The notes under the pieces were generated by a model, which searched no databases, was not told the origin of the DNA, and saw nothing but the letters and a program-made list of their open reading frames with translations. A stretch of 64,000 nucleotides of DNA from Octopus sinensis. Lineage: Eukaryota. The number at the start of each line of letters is the position of its first letter. The stretch's first letter is position 1. Location: the NCBI RefSeq assembly GCF_006345805.1, contig NC_042999.1:42594001-42658000 (forward strand), read 5' to 3'. Both the position numbers and the translations under genes were made by a program. Below, one piece after another: positions 40,213 to 52,576 of this stretch.

Positions 40213-40771
40213 TTGGGTTGTCTGGAAAGTTTGTGCTGATTTATATTAGCTTACCTTTCGACTTATTTTAGAACATGGTTGAGTTCATAAAATAAGATTT
40301 GACTACAACCCCATTTAGAGCACAGTTTAAGCTATCTTTTTGTAGAAGAAGGTTTATGTTCCTATAACCTATGGTAATTCTGTAACCCTTTAAAATGGAA
40401 GATAAGAAAGTTCATTTTCGGCACTTGATGCTTTAGGAACCAGACAAAAATTACTGCAGCTCGGCTGGGATGTGTTACCCCACCCTCCATATTCACCAGA
40501 TATTGCTCCTTTGGATTTCCACTTATTCAGGAAACTTATGCAGAATAGTCTTAATGGTAAAAATTTCAATTTCTTGGATGACGTAAAAAGATACCTTGAT
40601 GAATTGTTTGCCATCAATTCTGGGAAGAGGGTATTTTCAAGTTAAAGGAAAGATGGTGACACATTGTGCAACAAAATGGTTCGTGTTTTGTTGATTAAAA
40701 ATGTAATGGCAAGTATTTATTGACCTTTTTCTTTCCTTTAAAAGTCAGCGCTAACTTTCTGGACAACCCAA
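40213..40771 (+). mobile_element. Internally deleted mariner element
   Basis: TIRs ttgggttgtctggaaagtt and aactttctggacaacccaa with TA flanks. MEDKKVHFRHLM is joined to TRQKLLQLGWDVLPHPPYSPDIAPLDFHLF. Confidence 0.9.
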
Positions 40772-40869
40772 TATATTGGTATCATCGTCATTATCATCAT
40801 GTCTTTGTCATTATCATCATGTCATCATCATCATCATCATCATCTTCTTAAATACACTTTTCCATGTTT

Positions 40870-41300
40870 TCAATGGTTGTCTGCATCTTCTTCAGCTTAG
40901 CATATCACCACTTGTTGCAACTTTTGCCAGCTCTTTTGTAATGTTCAGTTTTCACTACTTGTATCTTCCCTAGATTTCTCCTGCAAGTTCATTCCACTTG
41001 GATCACTTCACTTTTTTTTTTTTACCAAAATGTAATCCTCCATACACTCCACATGTCCATACCATTCCAATTTTCTCATTTACATATTACAGCAGTTTCC
41101 TCTTAAACCCAGTTTTTTTTTACAAATAATTTTTTTTCAACCTTTCACACATCCACTGCATTCAATGCTTGTGCTCCACTAAATACAATATTGAACTTTG
41201 TATACAGTCCACCTTCACATGGAGAGTGGGTCACATTTTTACCAGCAGAGATGATAGCTTCCAGAACTTTGCCCACTCCATCCTAACTCTAGATAAAAAC
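40870..41300 (-). mobile_element. Highly degenerate RTE ORF 3' relic
   Basis: Scattered WYGHVECME and AKFWKLSSLLVK motifs homologous to the young RTE. Confidence 0.55.
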
Positions 41301-41303
41301 CAC

Positions 41304-41340
<37 letters not shown>

Positions 41341-43248
41341 CTCTCTACCACTTATATAAGCCACATAACAAAAGTTATCAACTACTTCTAGAGAACACTC
41401 TGAGTATGGTCACTCTTACTGCTAACTCCTGCATGAGTTTGCTTGTTATCTGATTACATAACTTGTACATCTATTGAACATACTGTTCAGTATTCCAAAC
41501 TACTCCTTTTCTGTATATTGAACATAGCCACTTCCTGATAGCAGTAGAGTATTGTCTTCTTTTCTGTTAAATGAAACTTTTGGCACTGCTTTGTTTACTT
41601 TAAGACATCTCAACTATTAGCTTTGCTTTCACATCTAGAATATTTTTCTCTAATTTTACAATAGGTTCAGTTATGAACACTGATCATCAGCATGGAGAAG
41701 TTACTTTGAACACACTGTCTAAAACTCATCAGTTATGGCCTGGCAAACAATATGAATAGAAACTGAAGCCATCAGCCTTTGCGATAAAAAAAATATAAAA
41801 TAAAGAAAGAAAAAAGCATAAATAACATAAGAAAAATTTTATTGAATCTATCCTCTGACAGGGATGCATTCAATCATGCTTCAGTCTAACAGTGCACACA
41901 CTACTTCAAAGAAAAATTATACTATGCGGAACAAATCCTTCAAAGAAGTAGAACCCCAAACATACATCATTTGATTGAACACATTTTAAAGCAGGAGAAG
42001 CATGAGTATAACTAGAAATGTCCTGTCATTCATAAAAACAAAAAAACATTTCCCTACTAACCATAAATATCATAAGTTCTTTAATGAGAAAATGTAAAAG
42101 TCAGCTACAGTTACATGTTTAAAATATCACAACCAAATCTCCAGTTGAAATTGACATTATAAAGCAACAAACATGAAATAATCGCATTGTAGTGGAATTA
42201 CAGCAACTGCATATCTGGACAATTTGATACAAAAAGTACCACTAAAACACCAGTATATAAAGTTAGTATAACATCTCCATAGGGTTTTGAAAAGAACTAC
42301 ACGGGACAGACATATGGAGAATACATTTAAAAGCAAGCATACTTATTCCTTAATATTCCAAGATAAATAAATTCAACTACACTATATTAATATGTTTAAG
42401 AACTGAATTGTTATCAATCCTGTCAATTGCTGAAATCAGAACACTATATTGCAAGGGATGACAATGAAGCAACATATCTATAAAAGAACCACTAAATGGA
42501 TAAATATGTTATTTAAAAAATATATTTTATTTAACCCACTACACCTAACTTATAATATGTTGCAATAACAACAGAGTAAATAGATCCTCTTCAATCAACA
42601 TGAAACCCGAAATTCGCAAACCACGAAGCAAATTCCATACAACCAATGTAACGCACAACTCGAATTGTTACACTGGACACACATGCACAACATTTTCTCA
42701 TCGATTGACCATGCATTTATAATAAGGAAATAGTGAAGCTCATTATGATACAGAGCACAGAATATAATTAATTAGAAAACCATTAGTTGATAGCACTGCT
42801 GTTATATAAAATTAAAATATAAAATCAAAATATTGACTATGGAAGCTTCTACAAACAATTAGAACTATGGAAGCTTTACTAATAGCAAATACAAATCAAA
42901 AATTAAAATAGGTACCACACACTTATATCATGAAATTTAGTTAGTCATAGCTCTCTTACTCTTTTACTTATTTCAGTCATTTGACTGTGGCCATGCTGGA
43001 GCACCACTTTTAGTCGAGCAAATCGACCCCAGGACTTATTCGTTGTAAGCCTAGTACTTATTCTATCAGTCTCTTTTGCCAAACCGCTAAGTTACGGGGA
43101 CGTTAAGATACCAGCATCGGTTGTCAAGCGATGTTGGGGGGACAAACACAGACACACAAACATATACGCACGTATACATCATCATCATCATCATCGTTTA
43201 ACATTCGTTTTTCCATGCTAACATGGGTTGGACATATATATATATGTA

Positions 43249-44088
43249 GGCTGGCCAGATTGGAGCAATCTCAAGATTAATCAGCCGAAATTGCGAGGAT
43301 GATCCGGTTCTTGACTGAAGATTGAAAGCTTTGTATGTCCCATCCGTGTTTTTTGTGTCATCATCAAAATGTTTTGCGTTCTTGTCCCAGTTTGTATTTT
43401 TTATGTAATTACACATTTCTCTAAACTCAGTACAACTCAACACTGTCTCTCTCCCCTCTCCTACATTCATTTGCCTTTCTTTGCACTTCACTTTGTCTCT
43501 GTCCCTTTTTCTCGCTCTCTCTTTTCCTCCTCCTTAATTCCTTGTTCCTCTTTTTCTCTCTTCTCCCCCTCCTTGATTCCTCTGTCCCTCTTTTCCTCTC
43601 TCTTCTCTTCACACGTGACTGACTGACCGACTGCTGGCCTTTCGGGTCTAGCAGCCGTCGCAGTAACACCAACATTTTTTTTCTCTGCCCCAAGGCATAT
43701 TCCTAACACGCCAGCTAAGCTTAATTCATCCTAGTTGAAAGATGCCTGTTCGTGATGTCCTGTTATTGTTATTAATATTATTACCATTGTTTTTACGTAT
43801 TATCATTATTGTTTTTACGTATTATTTTTGTATTCATATTCGTGTAACATCGTCCGTTTTTCTGTCCTTGTTTTGTATACATTCGAAGCTTTCTTCCAAG
43901 GAATCTAATGCGCTTAGCTTAGTTTTCCCTGGGGCTGGCCAGATTGGAGCAATCTCAAGATTAATCAGCCGAAATTACGAGGATGATCTGGTTCTTGACT
44001 GATGATTGAAAGCTTCATATGTCCCGTCCGTGTTTTTTGTGTCGTCATCTAAATGTTTTGCGTTCTTGTACTAGTTTGTATTTTTTAT
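43249..44088 (+). mobile_element. Non-coding element with ~155-bp direct terminal repeats (Penelope pseudo-LTR-like), nested in a SINE A
   Basis: 43249-43404 resembles 43933-44088. Flanked by (TA)n. SINE A halves lie at 42953-43175 and 44116-44279. Confidence 0.6.
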
Positions 44089-44815
44089 ACATATTTTTTA
44101 TACATATATATATACATCAGGCTTCTTTCAGTTTCCATCTACTAAATCCACTCACAAGGCTTTGGTCAGCCCGAGGCTATAGTAGAAGACACTTGCCCAA
44201 GGTACAACGCAGTGGGACTGAACCGAGAACCGTGTGGTTGGTAAGGAAGCTACTTACCACATAGCCACTCCTGCGCCTATCCCATAATTTTTTAATCCAG
44301 CATAGGTGATTTTACTTGATATAGCAGAGTTATATTTGTTCTATATAACCTAATACAAATCCTGCAAGCTACTCATCATTATTCCCATAACTTCTTTCTG
44401 ACACTGCGAATGGAAAGGTCTTGTAACGTTAATGAACTAATGGATTTGGGAGTACTTCGGTTCTAAATTAAACATAGAACTAAGGAGGTAATATAAAAGT
44501 CCATAACAAAAAATTTAGACACCAACATAATAACACACACACACACACATGAACATACACACACATGTGGCAAAACAGGAAAGTGGAAATTTTTTGGTAT
44601 TATTTATATATTCTCCATTCCACTTTCTTGTATTTTTTATACAATAATTCTACAAATAATATTTCCATAATTCCCAATTTCAATATGTATTTTGACTAAC
44701 ATAACAGCAACAGTGATCACATAATGGAATGTAATAATGGAATAAGCAGAAGTACTTCAAGAGGAAACAGCTAGGACTTACCCTACCTACCTACCCATCC
44801 ACCAACCTACCTACC

Positions 44816-44863
<48 letters not shown>

Positions 44864-44869
<6 letters not shown>

Positions 44870-45227
44870 TACCAGTGCCGGTGGCATGTAAGAGAACTTT
44901 CCGTTTCGCGACCGTTGCCAGCACCACCCCGTTTCGTGTCCGTTGCCAGCCTCGCCTGGCCCTCGTGCCGGTGGCACATAAAAAGCACAATCCGTTCGTG
45001 GCCGTTTGCCAACTCTGTCTGGCACCAGTGCGGGTGGCACGTAAAAAGCACCCACTACACTCACGGAGTGGTTGGCATTAGGAAGGGCATCCAGCCGTAG
45101 AAACACTGCCAGATTTGACTGGGCCTGATGAAGCCTTCTGGCTTCACAGACCCCAGTAGAACCGTCCAACCCATGCTAGCATGGAAAACGGACGCTAAAC
45201 GATGATGATGATGATGATGATGATGAT
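44864..45227 (+). mobile_element. RTE 3'-UTR fragment, same subfamily as 27105-27460
   Basis: Conceptual translations of the two copies differ at only ~5 of ~100 positions; (GAT)n tail. Confidence 0.9.
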
Positions 45228-45859
45228 AAGGGATGGCCATAATAGGACATCTGACTCACTAGAAAGAGCAGTTAAACTCCAAACCACTAATAGTTGTAAT
45301 TCTGAAATGGAAAGAGAAATAAAAACGTTTACCCTCTCCTTTCTGGACTATGCATAGTTTCGGCAATCTTTTGTAAATAAAATAAATTTATTTACGACTG
45401 ACATATATACATACACACACACACACACACACAACTGCAGGTTCAGTCCCATTGCATACCATGCACATGTGTGTGTGTGTGTGAGCACGTATAGACAGAG
45501 AAACCAGCAGATAAATATGTTTCTTTATTAGCCACACAGGACTGAACCAGCAGATAAATAAATAGATGAATGGAAGGATGAATGGTTGGACAGATAGATA
45601 GATAGGCATATATGTCTGTATATATTTATATATACACACTCACGAAGCTGCAATTGATCTAGGGCTATAATAGGGAAAGAGTTACCCAAGATGGCATGCA
45701 GTGAGACTGAACCCGAAACCATGTGATTGAGAAGCAAACTCCTTAACTACACAGCTATGTGTGCATATATATATATATATATACATACATACATACATAA
45801 AATACAAAATGGAACAAGAATGCAAAACATCCAGATAGACAAAACAGAAAACAAGGACG

Positions 45860-45892
<33 letters not shown>

Positions 45893-45934
45893 CGTAGGTA
45901 TGTATTTACACGCACACATATGTATGTATTCTTG

Positions 45935-46395
45935 TACTCTTTTACTTGTTTCAGTCATTTGACTGTGGCCATGCTGGAGTACCACTTTAAAGGTTTTTAG
46001 TTGAAGAAATCAACCCCAGGACTTATTCTTTGTAAGCTTAGTACTTACTCTATCAGTCTTTTTTTGCCGAACTGCAAAGTTACAAGGACATAAATACATC
46101 AACATCGGTCATCAAGTGGTGGTGGGGGAAAAAACATAGACACAAAAACAAACAAGCAACCAACCAACCAACCAACCAACCTACCTACCTACCTACTTAC
46201 CTACATACATACATACATACATACATATACGATGGACTTCTTTCAGTTCCCGCCTACCAAATCCACTCACAAGGTTTTGGTCAGTCTTAGGCTATAGTAG
46301 GAGACACTTGCCCAAGGTGCCACACAGTGGGACTGAACCCAGAACCATGTGGTTGGGAAGCAAGCTTCTTACCACACAGCCACACCTGTATATGC

Positions 46396-46433
<38 letters not shown>

Positions 46434-46815
46434 GCAGGAGTGGCTGTGTGGTAAGTAGCTTGTTTACCAACCACATGGTTCTGGGTTCAGTCCCACTGCG
46501 TGGCACCTTGGGCAAGTGTCTTATACTAGAGCCAAAGCCTTGTGAGTGGATTTGGTAGACGGAAACTGAAAGAAGCCCGTCGTATATATGTATATGTATG
46601 TATGCGTGTGTGTGTTTGTGTGTCTGTGTTTGTCCCCTAGCCTTGCTTGACAACTGATGCTGGTGTGTTTATGTCCCCGTTACTTAGCGGTTCGGCAAAG
46701 GAGACCGATAGAATAAGTACTGGGCGTACAAAAGAATAAGTCCCGGGTTCGAGTTGCTCGATTAAAGGCAGTGCTCCAGCATGGCCGCAGTCAAATGACT
46801 GAAACAAGTAAAAGG
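45935..46815. mobile_element. Head-to-head inverted pair of SINE family A
   Basis: - copy 45935-46390, (TA)n spacer, + copy 46432-46815. Confidence 0.85.
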
Positions 46816-48169
46816 GTAAAAAAAAAAAAAAAAAAGAGTATATATGATGATAAAGCATGTACATAGCTTTATCAACAACGATATGAAAGACATACAATTC
46901 TCTGAGGAAATCAATTTAAACTGGTGCATCTGAACAAAGATTCTTCATAGTATTTATTCTCTGCAAGTTACACAGCTGCACACTCATGTCACTTTTACCC
47001 ATCAGAAAGACAACGAACCAGTGCCTGGCTTGCTGGGAACTTATAACCAATTATGCTGTCGTCTACAAAAAGTACAGCCTAACACATAAATAAATAAATA
47101 AATAAATGAACGAATGAATAAGTGATTGAATAAATATTCAGAATAGGATGTAAAAAAAAAAAAAGAAAAAAATGAAGCAGTGGAAACAATTATAAGCCAT
47201 TGATACACGGCAACAAAGAAACACATTTCTGTCACTCTCTTGTCTTAGCAAGTCACAATGAATCTCAACAGACTAAGATAGTTTATGTAACTGACAGATA
47301 CAGTCATCTCAGCTGCTACTACTACTGCTGGTGATGATGGTGATGATGATGATGGCAGCAATGATGATCATTATCATCATCATCATCACCATGATGATGA
47401 TGGCAGCAATGATGATAACGGGCACAGGTATGGCTACAGGGACAAGTATGGCTGTGTGGTAGGAGGTTTGCTTCCGAACCACATCGTTCAGGGTTCAGTC
47501 CTACAGTGTGGCACCCTGGGCAGGTGTCTTCTACTAGAGCCCCGGGTTGACAAAAGCTTCATGAGTGGATTTGGTAAACAGCTACTAAAATAACCCCCCA
47601 CCACCACCACCCCATTAAATCTGCCTAAATGTATAAATACCAGAACTTATTTTGACAGTAAGCTTCCTGATGATTTCATTTGAATGAAACAGTTCTAGTC
47701 CTGTAGAAGCTCCTTCTATAAAATAAAATAAATTAATTTACTCTGCTATGTATTGAGTACCTTATTTACTGTGGTTAACCCTGACTCAACCCGGGACCTA
47801 CATATATATATATATATATATATATGCTGAGACCATCTTCGGTCATGACTGACCATGGAATTGCACCTAGAAAGTTACCCTCCCAGGCACAAGTCCAGGA
47901 AAGGTTGCTTTTGGAAGACCAACAGTCGCCCATGCATACCAGCCTTCCCTCACCATGACACCATGTTCTCCAAGGGAAAGGCAAAGGCCGATACAGCTTG
48001 CCACCTGTGACGTCGCAACTCATTTCTACATCTGAGTGAACTGGAGCAACGTGAAATAAAGTGTCTTGCTCAAGAACACAACATGCAGCCCAGTCTGGGA
48101 TTCGAACACACAACCTCACAATCGTAAGCTCGACACACTAACCACTGAGCCATGCACCTTCACCATATA

Positions 48170-48332
48170 TACATAATCATAGACAATGGAAAATGGTATA
48201 TAAATTAATTATTTATTTAACCATCTATAATATATATATAGACAATATAAATCTATTATTGTCTATACATATAGATGGTTGAATAAATAACTAATTTATA
48301 TACCATTTTCCATTGTCTACTTTGATTATTAT
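48170..48332. repeat. ~150-bp AT-rich near-perfect palindrome
   Basis: tagacaatggaaaatggtatataaatta...accatctata pairs with tatagatggtt...ataccattttccattgtcta, and the inner tatagacaata pairs with tattgtctata. Confidence 0.85.
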
Positions 48333-48481
48333 ATTCGCCAGACCTGAAAGCATCATTAATTAAGAAAAATAATTAATTGGAGAACCTGTTTGTTTGTTCT
48401 TTGGTCCCCTTATGAGACATACTGGATATCTATTTGGACTTAACTCCCAACTTTGTTTTATATATATATATATATATATAT

Positions 48482-48670
48482 CATGTCGCCATGATAGATC
48501 GTTAGCCACTACACACATTTTTTTCTCACCTTGTTTTTTCTGTGTCCCTTTCTGTAGAAGAGTGTAGGCTCGAAATGTAAAAGACTTTTTCTATTCCTGA
48601 GCATTATACTAATACATCTGTTTGTTTTGTACACCACCTGTCTTCGTCTTTTGTTTTTTTCATAAACTCT

Positions 48671-48673
<3 letters not shown>
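48482..48673 (+). mobile_element. Penelope-like terminal fragment with a hammerhead-like motif at 48548-48583
   Basis: cttt-CTGTAGA-a-gagt(gtag)gctc-GAAA-tg-TA-aaag, flanked by (TA)n on both sides. Confidence 0.5.
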
Positions 48674-48705
<32 letters not shown>

Positions 48706-48706
<1 letters not shown>

Positions 48707-49097
48707 TAGCAGTATTGCCCAGCGTTGCTTGGGTTTGTTTCGACCCTTTAGAATTGGAATTTTTGAAAAGTAAAAATTTTGCATTATGCAGCTTGTTATT
48801 CTCTTTAAGTGAACATTTTTCTGGTTGAAATACACCGAAAAATGGTGACACAGCAGTCAAAAAATCGTGAAAAATACGGATTTTCAAAGAAAAAAAGCTC
48901 CTCTTTGAATTAAATAATTTTTGGTGTTAACATGGTCTGATTTGAATTTTTTCTTCTACGGAAGGAAGAGCAAGCCTTCTTCTATCATATTCTCAATTTT
49001 GGTCTACTTGCATTGCAGGGTCTCAGAGGAGATAGTGTTAGTTGAAGGCTACCAAACCTGCCATACACAGACAACTTCAGCTTTATATATAGAGAGA
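48706..49097 (-). mobile_element. Non-autonomous Helitron, second copy
   Basis: Reverse complement of 17397-17789. The 3' end is a cccaagcaacgctggg hairpin followed by CTAG^T. Confidence 0.75.
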
Positions 49098-49710
49098 TGT
49101 ATGTTGTGTGTGTCTTTGTGTTTGTCCCCCACTACTGGTGTTGGGTGTGTTTACGTCCCTGTAACCTAGCAGTTCGGCAAAAAGGGATGGTTAGGATAAG
49201 TATGAGACTTAGGCCAAAAAGAAAAAAAATTAATACTGGTATCAGTCTCTTTGTCTAAACCATCCAAGGAAGTGCTCCAGCATGACGCAGTCTAATGGCT
49301 GAAACAAGCAAAAGATTAACACATAAGATGGCTGTGAGAATGATGGCAATGGTGATGACGATGACGACGAGGAAATATGGCTCGGCAGAAGGAGACAGCA
49401 GTTGTCACAAGATTTTGGCAATTATTTTGTTGAGCATAATAAAGACACTGTCTGAGATTAGATAATAACAATAATGATATGATAATAAACAGTAAGTAAT
49501 GATGATGAAGATGATGATGATGATGATGAGGATGATGATGGTAGCAGACAAATATAATGAAAATTCTGATAATGATGATGATGATGATAACGACTTATGT
49601 GAACACTGATAATGTGATGTTGATGATGTTGACGACAAAAATAACGTGGCTCTTAATAATAACGATGATGATGATGATGATGATAAATACCATGTGGACA
49701 TTAATCATTT

Positions 49711-49744
<34 letters not shown>

Positions 49745-50034
49745 GGTGACGCGAACAAAGCAGCCATTATGTAAACATCAATCATTTCGGTGATGGTGAT
49801 CATGATAATGATGATGATGATCATGATAATGATGTTGACAAGGATGCTAATCTTCCCAAAACAAAATTAATTTAACAGTTTTGTGATTAAAATTTTATAC
49901 AAAACACTGGAATTTTGTTTTCTTTTATGTTCTATTTTCCATTGTCTCCGGTAACGGTGGCTGCTGTTACCATTTCACCGACTGTTACACTTGAGATTTA
50001 CCTCCTCATTAATAAGTTTTCGAAATGTGTTTGT

Positions 50035-50076
<42 letters not shown>

Positions 50077-50158
50077 TGTGTGTGTCTGTGTGTGTATGTG
50101 TGTGTATGTAGGTAGGTAGGTATCTATCAATATCTATCTATTATGTATGTATGTATGA

Positions 50159-50190
<32 letters not shown>

Positions 50191-51319
50191 GTGTGTACAT
50201 ATATATATTTTATCTTTTACTTGTTTCAGTAAGTATGTATGAATGTATGTATGTATGTGTGTACATATATATTTATATATATTATCTTTTACTTGTTTAT
50301 GTATGTATGTATGTATGTATGGATGGATGGATGTATGTATGTATCTCTCAATATCTATCTATTTATCTATCTATATATGTATGATGTGTGTGCGTATGTG
50401 TGTGCGTGTATGTAGGTAGGTATCTATCAATATCTATCTATTTATCTTTCTATATATGTATGTATGATGCGTGTGCGTGTGTGTGTGTGCATGTATGTAT
50501 GTATGTAGGTAGGTAGGTATCTATCTATAGCTATCTATTTATGTATATATGTATGATGTATTTGTATATATATATATATATTTTTTATCTTTTACTTGTT
50601 TCGGTCATTGGACTGCAGCTATGCTGGAGCAATGCCTTGAACTGTTTTAGTGAAACAAATCAACACCAGTACTTTTTTGTTTTTATTAAAAGTGGTACTT
50701 ACACTATTGGTCTTTTCTGCTGGACCTCTAAGTTATAAGGACATAAACAAACCAACATCAGTTGACAAGCAGTACTGGGGGACAAATGCAAACACACAGA
50801 CACACACACAAGCACACACACATATCCTTAAAATCCTTAAAAATGTTTTAGCCCAAAGGCCGTGGCCATGCTGGGGCACCACCGCTGAAAGAGTACAGCA
50901 GGGATCACCACCCCCTGCCGGAGCGTCGTGGAGGTTTTAGGTGTTTTCGCTCAATAAACACTCACAACGCCCGGTCTGAGAATCGAAACCGCGATCCTGT
51001 GACTGCGAGTCCGCTGCCCTAACCACTGGACCATTGCACCTCTTATGTATAAGAAAATTTTTTTATTTATAAATTTAGAAGCACACCAAGTGAATTGCTA
51101 TTTTACAAGAAATAAGTAAATTTCAAACACAGAACAGAGGTGTAAACAGTTAAGATTGGGTAAATACCCTTAAAAGATGGAAAAAAAGTGTCTTCTTTCT
51201 TGTTAACTCTCTCTCCTTCTCGTTTTCTCTCTCTCTCTCCTTCTCTCTCTCTTTCTTTCTCTGGCCAGGTTGATACGTACCTCCTCTACAGTAAGACACC
51301 TGTTTCTTATTTCTTTTTT

Positions 51320-51725
51320 GCCCATTGCCCACAAGGGGCTAAACATAGAGGGGACAAACAAGGACAGACAAAGGGATTAAATTGATTACATCGACCCCAG
51401 TGCATAACTGGTACTTAATTTATCGACCCTGAAAGGATAAAAGGTAAAGTCGACTTCGGCGGAATTTGAACTCAGAATGTAATGGCAGATGAAATACCTA
51501 TTTCTTTACTACCCACAAGGGGCTAAACACAGAGAGGACAAACAAGTAAAGACAACCGGATTAAGTTGATTATATCGACCCCAGTGCGTAACTATTACTT
51601 ATTTAATTGACCCTGAAAGGATGAAAGGCAAAGTCAACTTTGGTGGAATTTGAACTCAGAGCATAATGGCAGACGAAATACCACTAAGCATTTAGCCTGG
51701 TGTGCTAACGTTTCTGCCAGCTCGG
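51320..51725 (-). mobile_element. SINE family B with a duplicated ~183-bp body
   Basis: Head gagctggcagaaacgttagcac..gagttcaaattcc, with the body repeated. The same dimer is at 59920-60316. Confidence 0.8.
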
Positions 51726-52179
51726 TGCCTTCAGCAAGATACCTGATTCTGCCTCTCTTTCTCTCTGTCACATTCCAATCATTCGTCATTTGATACAAGA
51801 TCATCTCCTTCAACATCCCCTCCCCTCACAAAAATTCCTTGTCCTGCAGGTTACTTGGTGACTCTGCTGGTGCTGGTACCATGTAAAAAGCATCCAGTCC
51901 ACACTGTGAAGTGGTTGGTATTTGGACGGCCATTCAGCTGAAAGAAACTGTGCCAAAACTGACCTCACCTGTACTGGTGCCACGTAAAAAGTACCCAGTT
52001 CACTCTGCAGGGTGGTTGGTGTTAGGAAGGGAATCTAGCCATAAAAACCATGGCAAAACAAACACAGAAGACCTGTGCCGTCTTCTGCATGAATAGCTCC
52101 TGCCAAACTGTCCAACCATGGAAGATAGACATTAAATGATGATGATGAGCCACTACTGAGAATCGAATCCTGTACCTCC

Positions 52180-52576
52180 TCTTTTACTCTTTTACTTGAT
52201 TCAGTCATTTGACTGCGGCCATGCTGGAGCACCACCTTTAGTCGAGCAAATCGAACCCTGGACTTATTTGTTGTAAGCCTAGTACTTATTCTATTGGTCT
52301 CTGTTGCCGAACCGCTAAGTTACAGAGATGTAAACACACCAGCATTGGTGGTCAAGCGATGTTGGAGAGACAAACACAGACACACAAACATATACACACA
52401 CATACATATATACAACGGGCTTCTTTCAGTTTCCATCTACCAATCCACTCACAAGGCTTTGGTCGGCCCGAGGCTATAGTATAAGACACTTGCCCAAGGT
52501 GCCACCCAGTGGGACTGAACCTGGAAACATGTTGTTAGTAAGCAAGCTACTTACCACACACCCACTCCTATGCCTA
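52180..52576 (-). mobile_element. SINE family A
   Basis: Full-length match to the other copies. Further - copies at 32452-32850, 53944-54353 and 57245-57697. Confidence 0.85.

Noticed and set aside
35700-42950. Nested gene in the non-repetitive parts of the 28-kb intron
   Set aside because: No convincing ORF, exon chain or recognisable domain outside the transposon relics.
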